Shown here in pieces: positions 29,136 through 38,510 of a DNA stretch of 64,000 nt. This stretch comes from an uncultured archaeon. Lineage in GTDB: Archaea; Asgardarchaeota; Thorarchaeia; Thorarchaeales; Thorarchaeaceae. A program made the translations under genes and the position numbers. Positions within the stretch are counted from its first letter, which is position 1; every line of letters begins with the position of its first letter. The DNA is taken from NCBI GenBank assembly GCA_964558645.1, contig CAZLEV010000013.1, forward strand, positions 1-64,000, read 5' to 3'. Below the pieces are notes generated by a model. It was not told the DNA's origin and did not search any database. It saw only the letters and a program-made list of their open reading frames with translations.

Positions 29136-29190
29136 TTATCTCACAACCTCGATTTCTACTGTCGTTGACCTGTAAAGTGCAATCCCGTGA

Positions 29191-29218
29191 TTATTAACTA
29201 TGACATAACACTTAATAA
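29191..29218. promoter_or_regulatory. Putative NikR-type operator 1: TTATTAA-N14-TTAATAA
   Basis: Perfect inverted repeat; an identical architecture recurs 50 bp downstream. Confidence 0.7.
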
Positions 29219-29240
29219 CCTACGCATCTATGATAGAGCG

Positions 29241-29268
29241 TTATTAACCAATGCAAAGAAGTTAATAA
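29241..29268. promoter_or_regulatory. Putative NikR-type operator 2: TTATTAA-N14-TTAATAA
   Basis: Perfect inverted repeat immediately upstream of the binding-protein start. Confidence 0.7.
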
Positions 29269-29275
29269 AAATGGA

Positions 29276-30358
29276 GTGTCCTTCATGAGAAAGAGTGCAT
29301 CTATTATACTAGTCCTGATACTGGCAACACTAGGACCATTGGGTCTGCTATCGGGAGTGGAAGCACAAGAAGATCCCACGTATTCTGTGGCGGTTTCCAT
29401 AGCCCCACTCGGAGGCATTGTCAAGAGAGTAGGCGGTGGTTCCGTCGAGACTGTCATCATTTTGCCAGAAGGGGTGGAGCCTCATGCGTCTCAGCTGCCA
29501 ACTGAGGCTGTAGCCGCTGCTCAGAATGCCGACCTACTTGTCTTCACTGGGCATTTTCCATGGGAGGATAGTCTGTCTGAGCAGACTGAAAAACCCTTCA
29601 TAAGCCTTCAACACGCCGATGCAATTGAGAACTACACCGACTATGGTGCAAGACTGTCGCCTCTTCCGGGAGACCTCGAATTGGACCATGAAGACGAAGA
29701 GCATGAACACGAACTCGAGGGGAACCCACATGGCTACTGGTTGCTTCCGACAAATGCATTAGCCATTGCCAATGCAACGAGAGCTGCGTTATCGGCAATA
29801 GATGACAGCCTATCAGGTTTCTTTGACAACAACTTCGAGAGCTTTGTGGAAGATGTCACAGCCTTCGAGAACCTCGTTGAAACCACCAATAGCGACTACG
29901 GATTCGCAAGCATGAAAGCCATCACTGTGTTTCCAGCGGAAGCCTACGTGGCGGAAGCATTCGGTATAGAGACTGTGGCCTATCTGCAAGAGGGAAACAT
30001 CCAGATCTCTGGAAAAGATCTTCTTCAGGTACAGGACGCTCTAAAGAATGGATCAATCTCGTTGATCCTAGGTTCCGATGTTGCTCGTCTGCAGGCTGCT
30101 GGAGAGTTTGCGTTGCAAATGGTGGACGACTATGGAGGGACCTTAATATGGTGGAGGGCGGTCTTCTTTGAGGGCTTGGCGGACTATTTGGCGGTCATGA
30201 CATACAATCTCGGTGCGCTTACATCGGCACTCGACTTTAGAGAAAGGACAGGCGCGGATTCTGTATTTCCAATCCTCCTTGGAGGCTTAGCTGGTATCTT
30301 TGGACTGATAGCAGTGCTAGAGGGTGTGGTAATCTACAGAAGAGCAAGAGAGGAATAG
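29276..30358 (+). CDS. Metal ABC transporter substrate-binding protein (ZnuA/TroA cluster A-I), C-terminally membrane anchored
   Basis: Signal peptide, GVEPH, His/Glu loop, NPHGYW, C-terminal TM. Confidence 0.88.
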   Translation: MSFMRKSASIILVLILATLGPLGLLSGVEAQEDPTYSVAVSIAPLGGIVKRVGGGSVETVIILPEGVEPHASQLPTEAVAAAQNADLLVFTGHFPWEDSLSEQTEKPFISLQHADAIENYTDYGARLSPLPGDLELDHEDEEHEHELEGNPHGYWLLPTNALAIANATRAALSAIDDSLSGFFDNNFESFVEDVTAFENLVETTNSDYGFASMKAITVFPAEAYVAEAFGIETVAYLQEGNIQISGKDLLQVQDALKNGSISLILGSDVARLQAAGEFALQMVDDYGGTLIWWRAVFFEGLADYLAVMTYNLGALTSALDFRERTGADSVFPILLGGLAGIFGLIAVLEGVVIYRRAREE

Positions 30359-30370
30359 ACAGTGACCTAG

Positions 30371-30709
30371 TCAGTCAGACTTCGCCGATGTTCCAAGGCG
30401 AAGATTGTACACTTCGAATTCCAGACCAGTCAGTTCGTCTTGAATCTCCCGATACTTACGATCGAACTCCTCAGGGCCGATCAGACCGGCCTTCTTGTCC
30501 ATGACCAGCCGCTTGAGTGCCTTCTGGCGAGTGTGTATCTTAGTCTTGAGTTCGTCCCACCGCGCCTTGTTCTGATCCACAGAGACGCGCCAACTTTCAC
30601 TAGATTCGGATACCTGATCCAACCTCCTCACCATATCATTAAGAGACTTGCGAATCTCCTCTGGGCTCTTCTCACTCTCGGACTCCTTCTCATTCAATGG
30701 GGGCACCAA
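30371..30709 (-). CDS. Coiled-coil hypothetical protein with SHOCT-like motif
   Basis: Heptad pattern; AGLIGPEEF. Confidence 0.6.
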   Translation of the reverse strand: MVPPLNEKESESEKSPEEIRKSLNDMVRRLDQVSESSESWRVSVDQNKARWDELKTKIHTRQKALKRLVMDKKAGLIGPEEFDRKYREIQDELTGLEFEVYNLRLGTSAKSD

Positions 30710-30769
30710 TTACTCGGTTGCTGCTAGAAGTGATATATGCATTGAGATTTGCCAGTCAAGGGAGGGAAA

Positions 30770-31702
30770 TCACCAGATGCCCAGCATCAACGGCATGAGA
30801 GGAACAACCGGTAACAAGAGGACTGTTCCTACAGTCACCAGCGCTGCGGCCGTGTCGGAGTCCAGTCCGAAGTTCGAGGAATAGACGACAGTGAGGACAG
30901 CCGGAGGCATCATGGCCTCAAGCAGAAGGACGCTCTTGGTAACCGTTGAAACAGGCATGATGGTCAGTAGCAAGAATGTAGCCGCCGGGACAAGGAGTTG
31001 TCGTATAGAGAGAGGCGGCAGGTTTTCGCGTAAGCTTGCCAACCTGAATCGTTCTCCCAGACCCAAGCCCACTGCAAACAGTGAGAGGTAACTGGTAATT
31101 GCTCCGTTAAGAGCGAATACCGGTTCTAGCAGTGTTGGCAAAGAGAAAGAGAACAAGAGAAGAAGGATGCCGATGATTGCTGCTAGGAATGGAGGAAAGA
31201 GAACTGCCTTCTTGACGGTCTTTCGTAGACTGGCATGGCTCTCACTGTATACTGAACCAATAACTGCACCACCCGTTGAGAAGAGCGTCATCTGGGTAAT
31301 GGAAAAGAGTGCGACAATCGGGATGCCCTCCGGCCCAATAAACATCAGTATCAGGGGAACTGGAAGGAATATGCCGTTATTGAAAGTAACAGAAAGGGCC
31401 TCCGCCCCGAGTCGTTTCCTCTCAATGGTACTTGAACGCCTGAAGACGAGTATCATCACAAGACCTGAGATGTGAATGAATACTGTGACAAGGATCACTA
31501 GCGGTAGTTCCGAAAGAGCGTTTGCAGTTGCACCGAGAAAGGTATACATTATGAGAACCGGGAGCAGAATATTGATGAGCAGACCCGTGACCAGCTCGTT
31601 GACCCGAGGGGCTCTTTTGCAGTGACGAGATATGACAAAGCCCACTAGGATAAGCAGATAGAAGAGAGTCAGTTGCGAAAGAAGGTCAAACCAGGGCTGC
31701 AT
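30770..31702 (-). CDS. AEC (auxin efflux carrier) family transporter
   Basis: NILLP, FNNGIFLPVP, PPFLA, EAMMPPA; ~10 TMs. Confidence 0.85.
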   Translation of the reverse strand: MQPWFDLLSQLTLFYLLILVGFVISRHCKRAPRVNELVTGLLINILLPVLIMYTFLGATANALSELPLVILVTVFIHISGLVMILVFRRSSTIERKRLGAEALSVTFNNGIFLPVPLILMFIGPEGIPIVALFSITQMTLFSTGGAVIGSVYSESHASLRKTVKKAVLFPPFLAAIIGILLLLFSFSLPTLLEPVFALNGAITSYLSLFAVGLGLGERFRLASLRENLPPLSIRQLLVPAATFLLLTIMPVSTVTKSVLLLEAMMPPAVLTVVYSSNFGLDSDTAAALVTVGTVLLLPVVPLMPLMLGIW

Positions 31703-31745
31703 TTTGTTTTCTCCTGGTACGGTGATGGTACTACTACGAAAGAAG

Positions 31746-33545
31746 CTAACGGTGGGTGCTATTCTTTAGCGCATCCAGTCGGAGATTCTTGAGTGAATTA
31801 TCAGTGGGCCATCCTGAAACAGCATCCCATCCCCTGTATTCATAGTATTCGTGCAGTTGACGGGGCAGGTCAGGTACATACCCATCAGTGATTGCGCCTT
31901 TTAGAGGCCGGAGCAAGCCTGACGGAAGACTATCGGCATCCGGTGTGAGGCCACAACCAATATTGAACAGGCGTTTCATTGTGACTGCACGCGATCCGTA
32001 TTCAAGTACCTGAAGGGGATGCAATACAATCCCGGTCGCATATTCCAGCATCTTTACCAGAGTATTGGATGGGAATGTGGCAAAGTGGCATAGAATCAAT
32101 GAATCGTAGAATGCCCGAACATCCTGTATTCGTGCCGACAGCACACCTCTCCCCGAGTCACTCAAGCGATTTGCAGCAACCACTTTCAGGTCGGGAAACT
32201 CAACACCCATGTCCACAGCATAGGCGTCCGCCTCCGTATGACTTGCACCCCGAGATGCCACTGCGTAGACAACAGCCATCCCTGCAAAAGCACGAGGATC
32301 ATGATTCGGAACCTCCAGCCCTTTGACATGAAGAACCTCGCTCTCGCGGCCATATTTCGCTCCTAGTGCTTGTGATCCATCTGCAAGCTCTGAACCCAAT
32401 CCCGTTCGATATGCAATGGCCCTTATGGCCTCCCGTATCTTGTCAAAGTTGCCCCACTCCAGGTCATGGTCGATGATACCTCGTTCAGATAGATGGGTGG
32501 CGAAAGCGATTGTAGAACCAGTGCTTATCGTGTCCATTCCCAGCTGGTTACAGAGGTGATTGAGAAGAGATATCTCACGGATATCGGAAAGTAGAAGATT
32601 CGGTCCAAATGCTGCAATGGTCTGAAACTCTGGCGCGGCATACTCCTCTCCTCCACTTGTAACTGAGACCCGTTTCCCACACCCGATAGGACAGGAGTGG
32701 CATGCAGTACTTCCTGTAACGAATGATCCGAGAGAAGTGGCATTCAGATTTGACACATCGAACTCGGGTAACTGAAAGTACCTGACCGGCATATCATTAT
32801 GCAACATAGCACGATCCACATACATCGGGGTGCCCTCGTTGCTCAATATCTTGTTCTCTGCTCGTAGGCGCTTGGACTCGGTCTTGACGAGCTTCAGGAA
32901 GGCCTCCGGATTGTGAAGGTCGATGGTCTTGTTGCCCCTTACCACAATCGCCTTCAGTCTCTTGTGACCCATCGTGGCGCCAAGTCCACATCTGGCCGCG
33001 ACTCTCTCTCTATGCACGATGCTTGAAAAACGAACGAGGTTCTCCCCTGCAGGTCCTATGCACGCAATCTCACAATGGCCGAGCTGCTTCTTCAATTCTG
33101 TTTGGGCCTCTCCCGTCCTCATGCCCCAGACATCACTTCCTGAGATAACCTCGGCATGTCCATCAGAAATCGTTAGAATACAGGGAGAGTCGGAGCGGCC
33201 GACAATAACGATTCCATCAAAGCCTGCAGACTTGATCTCTGCCCCGAAGTGGCCCCCAATATTGGACTCTCCCCAGAACCCGGTAAGAGGCGACCTCCCG
33301 CAGAAGACACCTCTTCCGCTGCACGGTGCTAAGGTGTTGGTCAATGGCCCTGTCATGAAGACCAGCGGATTAGTGGAGGCGAAAGGATTGGCTTCGAAGT
33401 CGACCATTTCATAGAGGATTCTTGATGCGTAGCCGCTCCCGCCAATGAAATCGCTGATCCAAGGCTGTTTAAGAGGAACACTTCTGACTGTGTCGTTTGT
33501 CAGATTGACATGGAGTATGCCTCCTGCATAGCCAGACAGTGTCAA
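31746..33545 (-). CDS. Tungsten-type aldehyde:ferredoxin oxidoreductase family protein
   Basis: GYAGGILHVNL, SPLTG, IGPAGEN, RCGLGA, CHSCPIGC, GMDTIS, HDPR, RGASH; TTG at 33545 preferred. Confidence 0.9.
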   Translation of the reverse strand: MTLSGYAGGILHVNLTNDTVRSVPLKQPWISDFIGGSGYASRILYEMVDFEANPFASTNPLVFMTGPLTNTLAPCSGRGVFCGRSPLTGFWGESNIGGHFGAEIKSAGFDGIVIVGRSDSPCILTISDGHAEVISGSDVWGMRTGEAQTELKKQLGHCEIACIGPAGENLVRFSSIVHRERVAARCGLGATMGHKRLKAIVVRGNKTIDLHNPEAFLKLVKTESKRLRAENKILSNEGTPMYVDRAMLHNDMPVRYFQLPEFDVSNLNATSLGSFVTGSTACHSCPIGCGKRVSVTSGGEEYAAPEFQTIAAFGPNLLLSDIREISLLNHLCNQLGMDTISTGSTIAFATHLSERGIIDHDLEWGNFDKIREAIRAIAYRTGLGSELADGSQALGAKYGRESEVLHVKGLEVPNHDPRAFAGMAVVYAVASRGASHTEADAYAVDMGVEFPDLKVVAANRLSDSGRGVLSARIQDVRAFYDSLILCHFATFPSNTLVKMLEYATGIVLHPLQVLEYGSRAVTMKRLFNIGCGLTPDADSLPSGLLRPLKGAITDGYVPDLPRQLHEYYEYRGWDAVSGWPTDNSLKNLRLDALKNSTHR

Positions 33546-34060
33546 GTAACATTCAACTCCTATGGAATCTGTGCATGCCTCACTCTTATGAACGATAGCA
33601 ATTGTGAGCATGAAGGGGTGCCCGCTAACAAGTGGAATTAGGACTTCCACGATACATGTCAGATACGGAAAGCAACCTCGGTAAAGAGGAGGAAGTGGGT
33701 TTGTGGTCAGAATGAAGAACATCCTACACAGCATAGTCTGTTAGTTTCTTCATTGCTGTGGATTCCAATGTGATTATCTGACACTTCGGACTGCTCCTTG
33801 ACAGACTCGTACCACTACCGGACCAAGGCCCAGATTAATACTATTAGCAGCTTTCGAGGAGCGACTTCTGGACGAGGACCATCGTATTGGTCTTCTATCG
33901 TGCGCATCAATCCAATCTGAGAGGGGTGAAACACTGGAGAAGAACAAATTCGAAGTCGCATCGCTCCAACCTCAGGACTGACGCATAACTAAGGTGCCAT
34001 TGGAGTGAGTGTCTTCTCTGTGATACTTCACCGACGGCGGATGGTTGTACGACTTGAGGC

Positions 34061-35389
34061 TTATTCCACGTCTGCAACATGGACGCTACATGAAACACAG
34101 GGATCATAAGCACGGACAACAGTTTCCAGCTTTGAGCCTATGATCTCAGTGTCCTTAACCCCCTGTTCCGCCAGAGCTTCAGCAAGACGTCGAAGGTCAG
34201 CCTCAAGCATCGGTAAGAACATCGCTGTGGGAGTCACAATGTCTGCCGAGGTGACCCTGCCTGCCTTGTTAATCCTTATAGTGTAAGCTAGCAGGCCACG
34301 TGGTGCCTCTGAAAGCGATACACCAGTACCGGCTTTCTCAATCTTGGGCTTAATTCGCCGTTCGTAAGGCTTCAATTCACCTGCCAACTCCCGAGACATC
34401 CGCTCGGCCCGATCCACATAATAGATCAGCTCTACAGCCTGAGCAAAGTTGTTCGACATTGGGTTGCCGGGGTCAAGATGTGCTGAATACATCTCGGCAA
34501 GCTCCTTTGCTCTGCCATCCAGCCCGTTTCCGAACAGCGTGAATCTTGATAGAGCTGAAGTCATGAACGGCTCACAGTTGTAGTGACTGTGTTTTGCAAA
34601 AGAGTGTGGTACCACCGATTCGTTGATTCTCATCTTGTATGCTTCTGCTCGGAAGGCATTACCATCAGTACTCTGCACAGTGTCGCCGAGCATCGAATAA
34701 GTCCCATCATAAGGTTTCAGAGCCAGGTGCATCCGCTCTGCATCTACCTCGGGCCAGTTCCTGTAGCTCACCAGATTCTCCAGCGCCTCTTCAGCATCAT
34801 TTCGAAGATTCCTGAGCCGTTGGGCAATCTTCTCCAGCTGATTCTTCGTTGGCAGTCGCCCGAATCCTCCTATGAGAACATTCTCTTGGTGAATATAGCG
34901 AGAACCCAGGACCGTCTGAATATCGGCACCTATATCCTTCAGTGCAATGCCAGCCCTTAGGATGTCAGGGTGTTCTTCTCCGAGAGTGAAGGCGTCATGG
35001 TAGCCAAGAAAATCGGGCAGCGCAAGTAGGAACAGATGAAGCGCGTGACTCTCGATATAGTCCCCAATATAGAGAATCTCACGAAGGCGCTTTGTCTGTC
35101 CAGTGGGGTTGAGCCCAATTGCATTCTCCGCGGCTTGTACGCCAGTAATCTTGTGTGCTGCTGCGCAGAAGGAACATACACGGGGATATACGGCAACTGC
35201 CTCATCAATCGGCTTGCCAATAGTTATTGACTCGAAGAAGCGTGGACCTTCGAATACGTTGAACTGGACGACATCTACTTCCTTACCGGTATAGGACACC
35301 TCGATTCCGGCCTTTCCCTCTATTCTTGCAATGTGGTCAATGGATACTGGGTGCTTTACCGACCTCTTCTTGCCCTTAGTCTTGGCCAT
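34061..35389 (-). CDS. hydA: Group 3b [NiFe] hydrogenase (sulfhydrogenase) large subunit alpha
   Basis: ARIEG, EGPRFFE, L1 RVCSFC, IESHALH, EAPRG, L2 DPCVSCSVH. Confidence 0.93.
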   Translation of the reverse strand: MAKTKGKKRSVKHPVSIDHIARIEGKAGIEVSYTGKEVDVVQFNVFEGPRFFESITIGKPIDEAVAVYPRVCSFCAAAHKITGVQAAENAIGLNPTGQTKRLREILYIGDYIESHALHLFLLALPDFLGYHDAFTLGEEHPDILRAGIALKDIGADIQTVLGSRYIHQENVLIGGFGRLPTKNQLEKIAQRLRNLRNDAEEALENLVSYRNWPEVDAERMHLALKPYDGTYSMLGDTVQSTDGNAFRAEAYKMRINESVVPHSFAKHSHYNCEPFMTSALSRFTLFGNGLDGRAKELAEMYSAHLDPGNPMSNNFAQAVELIYYVDRAERMSRELAGELKPYERRIKPKIEKAGTGVSLSEAPRGLLAYTIRINKAGRVTSADIVTPTAMFLPMLEADLRRLAEALAEQGVKDTEIIGSKLETVVRAYDPCVSCSVHVADVE

Positions 35390-36204
35390 TACTTCGTCCC
35401 TCCAAAAATCTTCTCGAGCATCGGTTCCAGATTTCCATCATGCGCTCCGAATATCTTCATTCGATTACGTATGTACTCTTCATCAAACCCCTTCTTCTTG
35501 AACAGCTTTGCAAGAGAGTCGAACCAAGCAGTTTCATGTGGGACTGGGCCTCTGCATCCTATGCAAGGCACATTATGGCTTAAGCATCGTGCCTTACACC
35601 CCGCTGTGGTCACGGGACCAAGACAAGGTTCTCCCTTTTCAATAAGAATACAGGAGTTTCCTGCCAGCCTGCACTCAGCACATACCGGATAGTCCTTGGG
35701 TTCTGGAAAAGTACCAAAAAGGAAGGCCGAAATGAAGTATAGCAGTTCGTCCTCCTCAGGAGGGCAGCCGGGGAGGAAGTAGTCCACCTTGACGTGGCTA
35801 GAGACAGGAGTGGCCTGGAGTCCCTGCATGTCTATTCTGTTCTCACCATACACTTCTGCGTAGAGTTCGTTGTAGTCTCTGTCACCCTCAGCCCAGCTCT
35901 GGACACCTCCATTGACAGCACAGGCGCCAAGAGCTACGAGAATCCGCGAGTGCTTCCGAATCTTCTTGAGTTCTTCAAGGTCTTTCTCAGTGGAAACAGA
36001 ACCCTCGACAAAGGCCACATCAACATCAGAGCCCATCTGGCTGGCGCTTGATATCATGTAGAAGCTCTTAATCTCCACTGCCTGTACTATCTCTACTATC
36101 TTCTGAACCGTAGCAAGCTTGAGCTGGCAACCATAACAGGAAGTCAGAGCATAGACAGCCATTTTTGGCCTGCATATATCCCCACATTCTTCGATAATAG
36201 CCAT
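35389..36204 (-). CDS. hydD: Group 3b hydrogenase small subunit delta
   Basis: LTSCYGCQ, VEGSV, GACAVNGG, PGCPP, VCAEC, CLGPVT, CIGCRG. Confidence 0.92.
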   Translation of the reverse strand: MAIIEECGDICRPKMAVYALTSCYGCQLKLATVQKIVEIVQAVEIKSFYMISSASQMGSDVDVAFVEGSVSTEKDLEELKKIRKHSRILVALGACAVNGGVQSWAEGDRDYNELYAEVYGENRIDMQGLQATPVSSHVKVDYFLPGCPPEEDELLYFISAFLFGTFPEPKDYPVCAECRLAGNSCILIEKGEPCLGPVTTAGCKARCLSHNVPCIGCRGPVPHETAWFDSLAKLFKKKGFDEEYIRNRMKIFGAHDGNLEPMLEKIFGGTK

Positions 36205-37062
36205 CTAGATCAGCCCCGGAATGGAAGTGATAGCGTAATAGTCGAAGACTGGCCCGTCCTTACAGGCATATTTCCACGACGTTGCGGTTCCTATGTTGCA
36301 GTGACCGCATTTTCCCACCCCACACTTCATCCGTCTTTCGAGGGTAACGAAGATGTAGCGCGGGTCGTATCCCTTCTCAACAAGATAATCAAACATGCCA
36401 CGATACATTGCAGGAGGACCACACATCGCAACAGCGCAGTTCTCTGGGTCAACATTTGCCTTATCCATGTGTTCGGTTGCACGCCCGTGAAGACCGGGAT
36501 AGTCTGGATCACGAGTGACACTCTGAACTATAGCGATGTTCTCAGCAGTGGCAATATCCTTCATCGCCTCGAGTTCCTTCTCAAAGAGAAGCTCCTTGGC
36601 ATACTTCGCGGTATTGATGATGGTGATGTTTCCGAACTGCCATCTGTTGTCGATGGCATACAAAAAGACAGATCGTAGTGGAGCCATACCGAGCCCAGCT
36701 GCAACACAGAGCAAATCTCGACCGTGAAATTGTTCCATGGGAAAACCGTTTCCGTAAGGCCCTCTGATTCCTACAAGGGTACCAGGTGCTAGCTTGTGGA
36801 TTGCAGAGGTGACACGTCCTGCATTTCTGATACATAGTTCGAAGAAGCCCATCCGCCGTGCGGACGAACAGATCGATATCGGAACCTCGCCAAGACCTAG
36901 AAGAGAAACCTCCACAAACTGGCCAGGCTTGAAACGCCAGTCCTGTGCAACGTCCGAGTCCTCAAAACGAAAGAGAAAGAGAGTTTCCAGATCGGTGAGA
37001 CTGTACTTCCTCAGTAGTCTGCATTTGTGAGTGTCATACACAGACTTCTCAGTTGTTCCCAT
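36205..37062 (-). CDS. hydG: Group 3b hydrogenase FAD/NAD(P)-binding subunit gamma
   Basis: PGQF, GEVPISI, RGPYGNGF, GLGMAPLR, CGPP, MKCGVGKCGHC, CKDGPVF. Confidence 0.92.
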   Translation of the reverse strand: MGTTEKSVYDTHKCRLLRKYSLTDLETLFLFRFEDSDVAQDWRFKPGQFVEVSLLGLGEVPISICSSARRMGFFELCIRNAGRVTSAIHKLAPGTLVGIRGPYGNGFPMEQFHGRDLLCVAAGLGMAPLRSVFLYAIDNRWQFGNITIINTAKYAKELLFEKELEAMKDIATAENIAIVQSVTRDPDYPGLHGRATEHMDKANVDPENCAVAMCGPPAMYRGMFDYLVEKGYDPRYIFVTLERRMKCGVGKCGHCNIGTATSWKYACKDGPVFDYYAITSIPGLI

Positions 37063-37063
37063 C

Positions 37064-38092
37064 TTAGATCGCCTCCTTATAGCCGCCTATCTCCATCAGG
37101 TTTCTTCTGAAATTGATGTCTGCAGGACAGAAATAGGTACAACGCCCACATCCCACGCAATAGGCCGTGGTCGTATCTTTGTTGTAAGCATTCTTGCACA
37201 TATACCGGTTCTCAAAGCGCGATTTCTTGGTGGGTCTGAAATTATGCGGGCCGGCTACGAGGCCATGGGATCGAAACTGACAAGAATCCCATATTCGCAC
37301 CCGTTCCCCAGTCATTCCATCAATGCTAGGTACATCCTTCACATCGTAGCACCGACAAGTGGGGCAGGTGAGGGTACAATTTCCGCAACCGAGACACTCC
37401 TCGCTCTCGCGATCATACATTGGATGATCATGACGAAGCTCAAGGAAGTACCTGAGGTCGTCCCAGTTCCCCTGGGTAGGAAACATTGCACTCCTCTTCT
37501 CACTGAATGCGCTTAGGTAGTCAACGTCATCTTGTGTCACCTCATCAAACATCTCCATGTTGGGATCAATGAGTTTGTGTCCCGTTACAGTTCCAACTCG
37601 TACCAGAAAACCATCAGGTAGTTCATGGAAGAACAGGTCGAAGCCTGCATCGACAAGGTCGGCACGTCGAACATTACAGAAACAGTACTCATCCGGCAGA
37701 CATGAAAGACCAATTATGATACCGTTCTCGCGCCGCTTCTTGTAGTACGGATCGGGATTCTCGTCTATGAACTCAGAGTCCACAATGCGGAGCCCTACGA
37801 TATCACATGAGTGTACGCCAAAGAGAATTGTCTTCGTGTCTTCGGGAATATTCTCATAGAGTTCTACCTTTGTGGTGTCAAAGGTGAACATCGTTTCCTC
37901 GACAGGGTAGAAGAAGCGACGAGGAGGTCGTATCGTTCGGTTGTAGTGGAACTCAACATTCTTGACGTCATTAACCTCACAGAAGTCATAGAACCTCTCC
38001 GAGATCTTCATCGGAGCGTGGAGAGTTCCTTTTGATTTCAGACGCTCAAGGAACCTGTATGTGTTTGCCTTGGATATCTTGACATATCTCAA
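37064..38092 (-). CDS. hydB: Group 3b hydrogenase Fe-S subunit beta
   Basis: LRYVKIS start after GAGGTG; [30 protein letters not shown]. Confidence 0.92.
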   Translation of the reverse strand: MRYVKISKANTYRFLERLKSKGTLHAPMKISERFYDFCEVNDVKNVEFHYNRTIRPPRRFFYPVEETMFTFDTTKVELYENIPEDTKTILFGVHSCDIVGLRIVDSEFIDENPDPYYKKRRENGIIIGLSCLPDEYCFCNVRRADLVDAGFDLFFHELPDGFLVRVGTVTGHKLIDPNMEMFDEVTQDDVDYLSAFSEKRSAMFPTQGNWDDLRYFLELRHDHPMYDRESEECLGCGNCTLTCPTCRCYDVKDVPSIDGMTGERVRIWDSCQFRSHGLVAGPHNFRPTKKSRFENRYMCKNAYNKDTTTAYCVGCGRCTYFCPADINFRRNLMEIGGYKEAI

Positions 38093-38510
38093 ATGTCCCA
38101 ACACCTCGTCAAGTATCAATGGACAACTGAGGGGACGTAGATTTGGTAATAAAGTCGAGGGTAGGCCAACGTCTACATGAAACTTGAGCAGAGGTGGACA
38201 TGTACTAGACTATAGCCTGATCAAGGAGGGGCCTCAGGGAGGCGTCTAGGTGCTCTGTCCCAGAACTCGCATCCGAGCGCATCACAAGATCTCATGAAGC
38301 TCAACCCAGCCAGGCCCTTGAGAGGACGACACTCTTGTGTCAAGTCTGCTCAACTAGGACTGAATGGAGAATCTATCGTCAATCTATGGCCTCCAGACGA
38401 GCAGCGAGAGCACTTCGTAATCGCTTTCTAATCCATGACCATGACACAAGTATTATATCGCTCGCTAGGCTCTCCCCCTCGACATAGCACCAAGTTGGAG
38501 ATTAGGCCCC

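Noticed and set aside
30371-30709. CdvA/ESCRT-related cell-division protein
   Set aside because: Only generic coiled-coil and SHOCT-like similarity; no ESCRT genes nearby
33546-34060. Moco/tungsten riboswitch or ncRNA upstream of AOR
   Set aside because: Only short hairpins seen; no recognisable consensus on the AOR strand; would need an Infernal/Rfam search
38120-38510. Hidden gene in the hydB-hdrA divergent gap (likewise 48117-48516)
   Set aside because: No convincing ORF with RBS or motif; likely regulatory or decayed sequence
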